64,000 nt of DNA, taken from Candidatus Falkowbacteria bacterium (GTDB lineage: Bacteria; Patescibacteriota; Patescibacteriia; Patescibacteriales; UBA12465). Positions 55,244-62,579 of the stretch are shown in pieces. The number at the start of each line of letters is the position of its first letter. Positions within the stretch are counted from its first letter, which is position 1. A program made the position numbers and the translations under genes. The DNA lies in assembly GCA_016432645.1 (NCBI GenBank), contig CP066698.1, positions 325,062 to 389,061 of the forward strand, given 5' to 3'. A model generated the notes under the pieces. That model saw nothing but the letters and a program-made list of their open reading frames with translations, was not told where the DNA came from and searched no databases.

Positions 55244-57022
55244 ATGCCCATCCTCCTGCAGGTGAACAACTTAAGCAAGGAATACAGCGGCCAAAAAATA
55301 TTTTCCGGCCTGTCTTTTACTATTTCCGAGAAACAGAAAATCGGCGTTATCGGCCGCAATGGCGCCGGCAAATCAACGCTATTTAAAATAATTAGCGGTG
55401 AAGAACAGGCGGATAATGGCGAGATTATCATTCATGAAGAAGCCAATATCGGCTATTTGAAGCAAAATCCAGATTGGCTGGATACGGAAAGTGCTCTGGA
55501 CTATTTAATTAGGCACAGCGGCCGACCGGAATGGCGGGCGCGCCAGCTGGCCAGTAAGTTTGAATTAGACGCCGAAAAGCTCGCCCAAACCGCCAGCGGG
55601 CTCTCCGGTGGCTGGCGTATGCGCTTACGTTTAACAGCGATGCTTCTCAAGGAGCCGAATCTCTTCTTGCTAGACGAACCGAGTAACTATTTGGATTTAA
55701 ACACCCAGATTCTCTTAGAGGATTATTTAAATTCTTATCGCGGCAGTTTTTTAATCATTTCCCACGACCGTGAATTTTTAAAAAGAACCTGTAAAGAAAC
55801 CATTGAAATTTCTAAAACCGGCTGCTACCACTATCCCGGCAACATTGAAGCCTACTTGGCTTTTAAAGAACAAAAGTTGAGCACTCTTATCAAGGCGAAT
55901 GAGAGTCTGGAGCGCCAGCAACAACATTGGCAGGAGTTTGTTGATCGCTTTCGCTATAAAGCTTCTAAGGCTAAACAGGCGCAAGCGGTAATCCGCAAAA
56001 TTACCAAACTGGAAGCTAAAAGAATAACTATCGAGCATGAAGCCGGAATTACCCGCATCATCATCCCGCCAATTGCCCGTAAGAATAATTTTGCCTTAAA
56101 GATAAACGACCTCAGTATTGGTTATGACAATCAAAGCATCGTTACAAATATTGATTTTGACTGCCGTTCCGGAGAAAAATTGGCAATTTTAGGGCTCAAC
56201 GGCAGCGGTAAAACCACTTTAATAAAAACATTGACCGGAAAATTAAATCCTTTAGCCGGTTCATTTCGTTTAGCCGCCAACAGCCGCTTAGCTTATCATG
56301 GCGAAGAAGAAATAGCTCAAATGAACGGCCAAGAACAAGCCGGCGATTTCTTGCGCCGCATGGCCGCCGCTGATTTAAAAACGGAAGCAGTTTTAAAAAT
56401 GGCTGGAGATTTTTTATTTTCCGAAGAAAATTTAAAAAAACCGATTTCCGTCCTTTCCGGCGGCGAACGCTCGCGCTTATTGCTCGCCGGACTACTCTTA
56501 TCTAAACCGGATATTCTGATTTTAGATGAACCGACTTGCCATCTTGATTTTGAGACCACTGAAGCTTTAGCCGGCGGCTTGCATAAATTTAACGGCACCG
56601 TAATTTTTGCCAGCCATGACAGAACTTTTGCCAGCCTCATCGCCACCGGGATTGTGGAAATAAAAAATGGCCAAGCCAAAAGAAAGCATGAAGATTATGA
56701 AGATTATGTCATTAATCTAGAAAAAGAACTGGCCCAGAAACGTGCTCTAGAAAAAACTAAATTACCGGAAATAAAAGCGGAGCTAAAAACCAATGACCGA
56801 GAAAAATATTTAGCTAATCGCGCCCGCCAAAAAGAAATTCAAACTCTAGAAAAAGACCTAGCTAAAATGCAAGCTTATAAAACCGAGCTCTTGGAATATT
56901 TTTTGGAACACTACGAAAACTACCGCCCGGAAAAAGTAGCGGAACTAGAGGAGCTCAAGCGCCGCATCGCCGATAAAGAAGATCTATGGCTAATGCTAAA
57001 TGAAGAAAATAAAGAAAACTAA
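55244..57022 (+). CDS. ABC-F family ATPase (two ABC domains, no TMD; translation-factor-like)
   Basis: Two Walker A sites (GRNGAGKST, GLNGSGKTT), two signatures (LSGGWRMR, LSGGERSR) and a charged coiled-coil C-terminal extension. Confidence 0.9.
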   Translation: MPILLQVNNLSKEYSGQKIFSGLSFTISEKQKIGVIGRNGAGKSTLFKIISGEEQADNGEIIIHEEANIGYLKQNPDWLDTESALDYLIRHSGRPEWRARQLASKFELDAEKLAQTASGLSGGWRMRLRLTAMLLKEPNLFLLDEPSNYLDLNTQILLEDYLNSYRGSFLIISHDREFLKRTCKETIEISKTGCYHYPGNIEAYLAFKEQKLSTLIKANESLERQQQHWQEFVDRFRYKASKAKQAQAVIRKITKLEAKRITIEHEAGITRIIIPPIARKNNFALKINDLSIGYDNQSIVTNIDFDCRSGEKLAILGLNGSGKTTLIKTLTGKLNPLAGSFRLAANSRLAYHGEEEIAQMNGQEQAGDFLRRMAAADLKTEAVLKMAGDFLFSEENLKKPISVLSGGERSRLLLAGLLLSKPDILILDEPTCHLDFETTEALAGGLHKFNGTVIFASHDRTFASLIATGIVEIKNGQAKRKHEDYEDYVINLEKELAQKRALEKTKLPEIKAELKTNDREKYLANRARQKEIQTLEKDLAKMQAYKTELLEYFLEHYENYRPEKVAELEELKRRIADKEDLWLMLNEENKEN

Positions 57023-57048
57023 AAGACTGGGCCAAGCCCAGTCTTTTA
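57021..57048. terminator. Intrinsic terminator (usable in both directions)
   Basis: A perfect 9-bp stem AGACTGGGC/GCCCAGTCT (57024-57032 / 57036-57044) with a 3-nt loop is flanked by AAAA and TTTT. Confidence 0.7.
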
Positions 57049-57054
57049 AATACG

Positions 57055-57125
57055 CACGGGATGTAGGTGCCGCCCCTACGCCGTCAGTTTTGGAGACTGA
57101 CATACTACTGTTATACTAATCCCGC
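57055..57125 (-). other. tRNA-like cloverleaf with a tRNA-Trp(CCA)-type anticodon arm but non-canonical D and T loops (degenerate tRNA, pseudo-tRNA or tRNA mimic)
   Basis: Minus strand reads GCGGGAU-UA-GUAU-AACAGUA-GUAU-G-UCAGU-CUCCAAA-ACUGA-CGGC-GUAGG-GGCGGCA-CCUAC-AUCCCGU-G. It has a 7-bp acceptor stem (G1-U72) and 5-bp anticodon and T stems. The T loop GGCGGCA lacks UUC and the D loop lacks GG. The tRNA-Tyr in this same window has the canonical GGTTCGAATCC. Confidence 0.35.
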
Positions 57126-57773
57126 AATATTAGGTAAATTTTTACATCTCTCAATGATTAAAAATACCTCTTTTAATATTCTACTATCTCCATATCTAAT
57201 TGACAAGCATCCTTTATAGCCTTCCTTTTTATTTATTCCAGTATGGGGTTTATTATATATGGAAAATTGATTTTTGGAAATACCTGTTATTTTAGACCAG
57301 AAATTTAACATTTCTTCTTTATTGTGATACTCATGCAAATGCAATAGGGCGTGAAATTTTTCCTCTTTTATTATAAATGATTTTCTCATTAAAAACATAT
57401 AAACCCTGATCATTGCGGGGTCTGAATTAATAAAAACCAACCTATTTTTAGTTTTAGCACCCTCGCCCCAATACAAAAGAGCCAAAAAGAGCTTATAATC
57501 ATCTATACCATATTGTCTGTTTTTAAAAACTCCGCAACCAGAATCAATCTCAGCTAATATTTTCTGCTGCTTAGTGCATATAGTTTTTTTACCATTATCG
57601 CGCCCATCGTCGCCCAATTTTTTTATTCTTAATTTAGCTTGGGTATCCAAAACCACCGACCGCGCCCATACAGAAGCTGTGCTCTTAGAAACATCCAAAG
57701 CTAAACTTATTTCTCTAAAAGAACAGCCCTTCGCTCGCAGTCTTAAGGCTTTTTGTTTTAATGATTTTTTCAT
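57111..57773 (-). CDS. Free-standing HTH + single-motif LAGLIDADG-like protein (homing-endonuclease-like)
   Basis: N-terminal HTH (GCSFREISLALDVSKSTASVWAR). The central KLFLALLYWGEGAKTKN fits the LAGLIDADG helix-acidic pattern, followed by a beta-rich region. The last 5 codons overlap the tRNA-like element. Confidence 0.45.
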   Translation of the reverse strand: MKKSLKQKALRLRAKGCSFREISLALDVSKSTASVWARSVVLDTQAKLRIKKLGDDGRDNGKKTICTKQQKILAEIDSGCGVFKNRQYGIDDYKLFLALLYWGEGAKTKNRLVFINSDPAMIRVYMFLMRKSFIIKEEKFHALLHLHEYHNKEEMLNFWSKITGISKNQFSIYNKPHTGINKKEGYKGCLSIRYGDSRILKEVFLIIERCKNLPNIAGLV

Positions 57774-57779
57774 ATCTAC

Positions 57780-57788
57780 ATCATAGCA
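57780..57788 (-). promoter_or_regulatory. Extended -10 element TGCTATGAT, 6 nt upstream of the ATG (predicted leaderless)
   Basis: The reverse complement of 57780-57788 is TGCTATGAT and the ATG is at 57773. The geometry is the same as at rnhB. Confidence 0.4.
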
Positions 57789-57820
57789 AAAACCATATGA
57801 AAAAAGTTAAACAAAACTTA

Positions 57821-57849
57821 AAATAAAAGACCGCCATAATCTGGCGGCC
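57821..57849 (-). terminator. Intrinsic terminator ending the rubrerythrin-desulforedoxin operon
   Basis: Minus strand reads GGCCGCC-AGAUUAU-GGCGGUC followed by UUUUAUUUU. Confidence 0.65.
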
Positions 57850-57888
57850 ATTTTATAGTCGTGCCTAAATAATTATTAAATTGAACGC

Positions 57889-58029
57889 CTATTCTTCCCC
57901 GTCAAATCCTTCTTTCTTAATCCGCATCTCTTCGTCGCAGCAAACTAATTTGCCGCCGCCATCCTTGGTAAATTTGACTTCGTTGCCGCAAATGCGGCAA
58001 AAATAAACTCTGTCTACTCGGCTGCTCAT
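57889..58029 (-). CDS. Desulforedoxin-like small iron protein (46 aa)
   Basis: Only the last 46 codons of track ORF 57889..58341 are credible. MSSRVDRVYFCRICGNEVKFTKDGGGKLVCCDEEM matches the desulforedoxin / Dfx N-domain pattern (YxCxxCGxxV....GGG.LVCCG..M). ATG 58029 lies 8 nt after the rubrerythrin stop. Confidence 0.7.
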   Translation of the reverse strand: MSSRVDRVYFCRICGNEVKFTKDGGGKLVCCDEEMRIKKEGFDGEE

Positions 58030-58036
58030 ATATTTA

Positions 58037-58564
58037 TTAGTAAGTTTCCTCAAAGACTTCAAAATGAGCTTGCGGGTGCAAACAAGCCGGACAAACCTCT
58101 GGAGCCTCTTCACCTTCATGAATAAAGCCGCAATTAGCACACTTCCAACGCTTAACCGTCTTTTTCTTAAAGACTTCCCCATTCTCAATATTTTCCAATA
58201 ACTTACGATAGCGAGTTTCATGTGCCTTCTCCGCCTTAGCAACATTATCAAACAATTTAGCAATTGCTTCATGACCCTCTTCGCGCGCTTCCGCCGCCAT
58301 ACGCGGGTACATCTCGGAATTTTCATAAAGTTCGCCTTCAATCGCCGCCTTTAAATCAGCCGGCAACTCGCCGATTAATTCTAACTGCTTAGCCCAAAGT
58401 TTGGCGTGTTCTTTCTCGTTTAAGGCCGTCTCTTCAAAAATATTAGCTATTTGGACATAACCCGCTTTTCTGGCGATAGAAGCAAAATAATCATATTTAT
58501 TGCGCGCCATTGATTCGCCGGCAAAAGCGTCTTCCAAATTTTTCTTGGTTTTAGGTCCTAACAT
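58037..58564 (-). CDS. rbr: Rubrerythrin (diiron four-helix bundle + C-terminal rubredoxin-like CxxC...CxxC)
   Basis: NLEDAFAGESMARNKY, EKEHAKLW and the EGELYE..MYP second ExxH region, followed by KCANCGFIHEG..APEVCPAC. Confidence 0.9.
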   Translation of the reverse strand: MLGPKTKKNLEDAFAGESMARNKYDYFASIARKAGYVQIANIFEETALNEKEHAKLWAKQLELIGELPADLKAAIEGELYENSEMYPRMAAEAREEGHEAIAKLFDNVAKAEKAHETRYRKLLENIENGEVFKKKTVKRWKCANCGFIHEGEEAPEVCPACLHPQAHFEVFEETY

Positions 58565-58572
58565 ATTTTTTA

Positions 58573-59688
58573 TTATTTATTTTTATGTTTCTTAGTTTTT
58601 TCCGGAGACTCTTGCGATTCTTTACTTTCAACTACTGCTGGCGCCTCACAGAATTCCATTTGATAAATATGAAATACGGAAGCGGCAATCGCAATAATAA
58701 GCGGACCCAAAACTACGCCCCAAAAACCGAATAGGGTAATTCCGCCTAAGATAGAAAGTAAAACAAAGATTGGGTTAACCTCCGCCTTCCCTTTAATCAT
58801 GTAAGCTCTGATAATGTTATCAATGGTACCAATTACTAAAAATCCCCAAAGCAGAATAAAGGCTCCCTGCCAAATATCACCTACCAATAAATAATAAATA
58901 CCAACCGGGATATAAAATATCATTGAACCTAAATAAGGAATCAGAGATAAAATAGCAATCAAGACGCCGGCCAAAAATGGTGGAAATCCGACAATGGCAA
59001 ACCCGATAGCACCGACCGCCCCTTGAGCAATGGCTGTCACAAAGGTAGAAATAAAAGTCGTGTAGCTAACCGCCCGAAATTTTTGAAAAATTTCAATATC
59101 ATATTTATCAGGCAGCGGCGATAGAAGCATTAATTTTTCCAACATTTTTTTGCCATCCACAAAAAAGAAAAACATCGTTAAGATTATCATCAGCAGTGAA
59201 ACAATAAAATTTGTAGTTTCTTTGACGGCAATAGTTGCCCCGGAAATCAGCCAATTACTGGAACTCTCAACTATTCTTAAAACGGTATTCTTAAAGGTCT
59301 CGTGCTTTTGGGCAAAACTGATAATATCAAAATTATCCAAAAAGCTATATTTAAACGCTTCGGTTTTGAAAATATCATTAACATCATGATTGTTAAAAAA
59401 TTCCATTGTCTGCGAATAAGCCGTGACTGATTTTTCGCCGGCATAAATAAAAGCCTTAACTAAAGGCACGACAATCACCAGCATTAAAAATAGACACATT
59501 AGCAGTGCCGCTAAATTGCGGCGGCCTTTCAAGCCTTTAACCAAAAGTTCATAAGGGCGATAAAATATTGAAACCAGAATTACCGCCACAAAAATCTCTG
59601 TTAAAAATGGTCGGAACACAAAATAACAGCCGATTAAAACCAAAAACACCAAAATCAGCAGAAACGGTTTGGTTAAAGTTTTTGACAT
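58573..59688 (-). CDS. AI-2E family transporter (PerM/UPF0118)
   Basis: About 8 TM helices, with a typical C-terminal-half pattern (LIPYLGSMIFYIPVGIYYL, GFWGVVLGPL). Start MSKTLTKPF is at 59688. Confidence 0.8.
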   Translation of the reverse strand: MSKTLTKPFLLILVFLVLIGCYFVFRPFLTEIFVAVILVSIFYRPYELLVKGLKGRRNLAALLMCLFLMLVIVVPLVKAFIYAGEKSVTAYSQTMEFFNNHDVNDIFKTEAFKYSFLDNFDIISFAQKHETFKNTVLRIVESSSNWLISGATIAVKETTNFIVSLLMIILTMFFFFVDGKKMLEKLMLLSPLPDKYDIEIFQKFRAVSYTTFISTFVTAIAQGAVGAIGFAIVGFPPFLAGVLIAILSLIPYLGSMIFYIPVGIYYLLVGDIWQGAFILLWGFLVIGTIDNIIRAYMIKGKAEVNPIFVLLSILGGITLFGFWGVVLGPLIIAIAASVFHIYQMEFCEAPAVVESKESQESPEKTKKHKNK

Positions 59689-59751
59689 ATTGATGTTAAT
59701 TTTTGGCCGCGCTCCGTAAAATCGGAGTGACAAGAAACGGACAAAAAATTA

Positions 59752-59907
59752 TTATTTAGTCTCCTTATGAATAGTGTGCGCCTTGCATTTATTGCAGTAC
59801 TTTTTCATTTCCAAGCGCTCTTTCAAAGTTTTTTTGTTTTTGTGAGAATGGTAGTTAGTAGTTTTACAAACAGTACATTCCAGCTTGATCATGTTGTCTT
59901 GGGACAT
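59752..59907 (-). CDS. rpmG: 50S ribosomal protein L33
   Basis: [45 protein letters not shown] (CxxC...CxxC zinc form). The track's TTG start at 59940 is unlikely. ATG 59907 or the internal MIKLEC are both possible. Confidence 0.85.
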   Translation of the reverse strand: MSQDNMIKLECTVCKTTNYHSHKNKKTLKERLEMKKYCNKCKAHTIHKETK

Positions 59908-59985
59908 ATTTATTAGTTCATTATTCTTACCTCCTAACAATATATAAAAACTCGCTAAAAGTCAACTATCATTGGTAAAATTGGG

Positions 59986-60882
59986 CTATTTCTGGCAATA
60001 ATCGCAATAATGAGTGCCTCGACCGGCTAATTTGGTCTTAATAAGCGGCTGCCGGCATTTTGGACAAGGTAATTTCCCGCGGCCATAGACCTTGAGCAAT
60101 CGCGAAAAATTCCCCTTCTTCCCTGCAGAATCTACATAATTATTAAAGGTCGTCCCCCGACTAGCAATCGCTTTTTTAATGACTTTATTGATTTCTTGAT
60201 AAAGCTTCTTAACCTCCAGCGCCTTTAAACTGGCGACTATACGCATTGGCTTAATGCCGGCGGCAAACAAAGCTTCGTCAACATAGATATTCCCCAAACC
60301 AGCAATTATTTTTTGATCCAATAAAAAGGCTTTGATATTCTTTTTTTTATTTTTTAACTTCCCCTCCAAGTAGGCGGCCGATAGCCCCGGAGTAAGTGGT
60401 TCTGGTCCGTAGCCGGCCTTTAAAATTCGAGCCAGTTCTAAATCATTAACAATTTTCAAGTAACCGAACTTGCGCAAATCATTAAAAAATAATTTTGTCC
60501 CGCCTTTAAATTCAATTACCGCCCGCGTATATTTATTAGGCAATTCCCCTCCCACGGAATCAGCAAAAGAGTTGCCGCCCAAACTGTGGCCACCGCCAAT
60601 TTTTTTGGCTCCGGCTGCCAATATTAATTGACCGGTCATCTTAAGATGAATCAAAAGATAATTCTGTATTTCAGTCTTTGTCTTAGACTTAATTTTTAAA
60701 ATTAATAATTTCCCAGTCCGAGATATTTCCGCGACTTTATGACCCTTTAAGGCCCCAACAAAAAAAGCCGCCTTATTTTTTGCGGTTTTTAAAAATAGTA
60801 GTTTAACGGCGCTAATCTCTTGACCTACAATACTAGAGGCCAAATCACGCCGGATAGTTTCCACTTCCGGAAGTTCTGGCAT
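59986..60882 (-). CDS. mutM: Formamidopyrimidine-DNA glycosylase
   Basis: The obligatory N-terminus MPELPEVET is at ATG 60882, with a C-terminal zinc finger CPKCRQPL...GRGTHYCDYCQ. The track's upstream extension is rejected. Confidence 0.9.
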   Translation of the reverse strand: MPELPEVETIRRDLASSIVGQEISAVKLLFLKTAKNKAAFFVGALKGHKVAEISRTGKLLILKIKSKTKTEIQNYLLIHLKMTGQLILAAGAKKIGGGHSLGGNSFADSVGGELPNKYTRAVIEFKGGTKLFFNDLRKFGYLKIVNDLELARILKAGYGPEPLTPGLSAAYLEGKLKNKKKNIKAFLLDQKIIAGLGNIYVDEALFAAGIKPMRIVASLKALEVKKLYQEINKVIKKAIASRGTTFNNYVDSAGKKGNFSRLLKVYGRGKLPCPKCRQPLIKTKLAGRGTHYCDYCQK

Positions 60883-61191
60883 AAACGTAGTTTTAAAATG
60901 CAAGGAGAAGAATAATAACAATCGTTAAAGACAGGAGTCCGATAGCGAACATCTTAGCTAAACCGACGCCAATTTTATCAGGATTAATGATTGCCATATA
61001 AAGATATTATAGCTCTTCAAAAATAAAAAAGGAAGACTAATATTTGTAAATAACTTTATTTTAATATCATTCAAACTACAAAAGTCATAGTTTTATCTAT
61101 TGACATAATCACGATATGCTGATATCGTATAATGTTACTTTTATATAAGAAGTAACTGAACATTAACATAATAATTAAAGGAGGATATATC

Positions 61192-61923
61192 ATGGATGCA
61201 AAAATCATTAGAGGCAACCTTTTAGGTGCGCCGATTTCAGGAAATTATGTGAATATTGACAATGCGGACGTCGGAGTATTATTAGGAGCCGCAGCTGGCC
61301 TGGCAAAAACCTTATTCATTGCAGGTGCGGCCGCCGGGATTATTCAAACTCTTCTCCATATTTACGCTAATGTGGAGACAAAAGAGGAAGGCGAAGAAGA
61401 AAGAGTAAAAAGGGAGGAAAATGAAAAAAAAGAAAAAGCAGGACAAGAACTCATCCCATGGGGGACTTTAGTGCAAGTAGTAAGCTGGCGACCTAAAGGA
61501 CTAAGAAAAATAAACCGTAAATTTTGCGGCACTTGTCTAAACGAAACCATTACTATCGCCTGCGATTCGCACAATCTGATTATCCCGATTAGCCAAATTA
61601 GAGGATATCAGAATTCTATAAAAGAGCACTTCAAATTATTTAGCCTGAGGCGGCATTTTTACCACGAAGCTAAAATTACTCTTTTTGACGGCTCTATTTA
61701 CAGGGGCAAGATAGAATCTCCGGAAAAATTTGATTTTTTAACGCCGATTGGCAATCAATCTATTTTAATTAATGATTTTCTAACGGAAACCTGCATAAAA
61801 AACGTCGTAGTTAAGGATGTTGAATTGCTCAGAGTTAGTATGATTAAGTTCATTGAAGAAAATCATAAAAAATTAGAGGATTACCTCGGAAAAGAAAATC
61901 TTGAACAATTTTTTCGCACTTAA
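61192..61923 (+). CDS. Hypothetical protein (N-terminal hydrophobic helix, Glu/Lys-rich linker, C-terminal globular domain)
   Basis: 243 aa with a strong SD (AAAGGAGGATATATCATG) and its own terminator. No family is recognised. Confidence 0.5.
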   Translation: MDAKIIRGNLLGAPISGNYVNIDNADVGVLLGAAAGLAKTLFIAGAAAGIIQTLLHIYANVETKEEGEEERVKREENEKKEKAGQELIPWGTLVQVVSWRPKGLRKINRKFCGTCLNETITIACDSHNLIIPISQIRGYQNSIKEHFKLFSLRRHFYHEAKITLFDGSIYRGKIESPEKFDFLTPIGNQSILINDFLTETCIKNVVVKDVELLRVSMIKFIEENHKKLEDYLGKENLEQFFRT

Positions 61924-61935
61924 CAAAACGATCAA

Positions 61936-61967
61936 ACAAAAAAGACCTAAAAAATAGGTCTTTTTTA
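61936..61967. terminator. Bidirectional intrinsic terminator (243-aa gene / tRNA-Tyr)
   Basis: Stem AAGACCTA/TAGGTCTT (61942-61949 / 61955-61962) has an A-run upstream and T6 downstream. Confidence 0.7.
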
Positions 61968-61975
61968 TTAAAATG

Positions 61976-62059
61976 TGGGCCGAGTAGGATTCGAACCTAC
62001 GAAGGCACAAGGCCAGCAGATTTACAGTCTGCCCCAGTTGACCGCTTTGGTATCGACCC
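61976..62059 (-). tRNA. tRNA-Tyr (anticodon GUA), type II with long variable arm; CCA not encoded
   Basis: Minus strand reads GGGTCGATACCAAAGCGGTCAACTGGGGCAGACTGTAAATCTGCTGGCCTTGTGCCTTCGTAGGTTCGAATCCTACTCGGCCCA. It has a 7-bp acceptor stem (one U-G pair), anticodon loop CU-GUA-AA and a canonical T arm GTAGGTTCGAATCCTAC. Confidence 0.9.
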
Positions 62060-62118
62060 GTTTATATTTGTTCTTATGATAAATAAAATATTTCTTTCTG
62101 TCAAACCATAAGAAACAA

Positions 62119-62487
62119 CTACTTTTTAATGCCCTCGATGAGGACGCGGACCAAGCCATAAGCGGAGAAAATGATAGCGAGTCCAATGGCCGACCAGACA
62201 ATTGTGTCCCGGCCTTTCTTAACTTTATCGGCACTACCGGAAGAAGTCATCCAGGTTATGCCACCATAAACAAACATAAGCAAAGCAATGGAACCGACAA
62301 CCCCCAGAACTGTGTTAATGATCTTACCAATTAAGGCTTGGGGGGTCTCAATGGTACCGAGAGGGTTGGTTAAACAAGTGCCGGAACCACTGGGGCAGCT
62401 AGGCGTATTATCTGCTAAAACCGGAATAGCAACAAATATTGAAAAGGTTATGAGACTAAGAAAAAGAAAAGATAATAATTTTTTCAT
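62119..62487 (-). CDS. TrbC/VirB2-like type IV secretion pilin (CPR-type small pilin)
   Basis: 122 aa with a signal peptide, a Cys pair (SCPSGSGTC), LTNPLG, and two TM helices separated by a WMTSSGSADKVKKGRDT loop. This is the layout I recall for the T4SS_pilin family. Confidence 0.6.
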   Translation of the reverse strand: MKKLLSFLFLSLITFSIFVAIPVLADNTPSCPSGSGTCLTNPLGTIETPQALIGKIINTVLGVVGSIALLMFVYGGITWMTSSGSADKVKKGRDTIVWSAIGLAIIFSAYGLVRVLIEGIKK

Positions 62488-62523
62488 ATTTTTATATATA
62501 TTTTAATAATAACATTTTTGAAT

Positions 62524-62567
62524 AAAAAAAAGAAGGGGTTGCAACATATTATTGTCACTTCCCCTTC
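62524..62567 (-). terminator. Possible terminator after the 252-aa gene (long loop)
   Basis: Stem GAAGGGG/CCCCTTC (62532-62538 / 62561-62567) is followed on the minus strand by U8. The 22-nt loop weakens the call. Confidence 0.4.
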
Positions 62568-62579
62568 AAACATATCCTT

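Noticed and set aside
57055-57125. Reading the cloverleaf on the plus strand as tRNA-Pro(UGG)
   Set aside because: The plus-strand anticodon loop UUUGGAG is formally possible. However, the acceptor stem would then start with an A-C mismatch, and the arm order gives a 5-bp D stem and no plausible T arm. The minus-strand fold is better, though still non-canonical.
57050-57890. Group I intron carrying the LAGLIDADG ORF inside a split tRNA or rRNA gene
   Set aside because: The sequence upstream of the ORF (57774-57888) consists only of the rubrerythrin-operon terminator and a promoter. No second tRNA half or rRNA-like flank is present.
57889-58341. Full-length 150-aa track ORF
   Set aside because: Its first ~104 codons overlap rubrerythrin in another frame and are Arg/Lys-rich nonsense. 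Only the terminal 46-codon desulforedoxin-like part is retained.
61000-62060. Genomic island integrated at the 3' end of tRNA-Tyr (the 243-aa orphan gene as cargo)
   Set aside because: There is no integrase, and by eye I could not find a direct repeat of the tRNA 3' end (GGTTCGAATCCTACTCGGCCCA) within the preceding few kb.
62022-62234. 70-aa track ORF
   Set aside because: It overlaps tRNA-Tyr and the pilin gene antisense, and shows no coding features.
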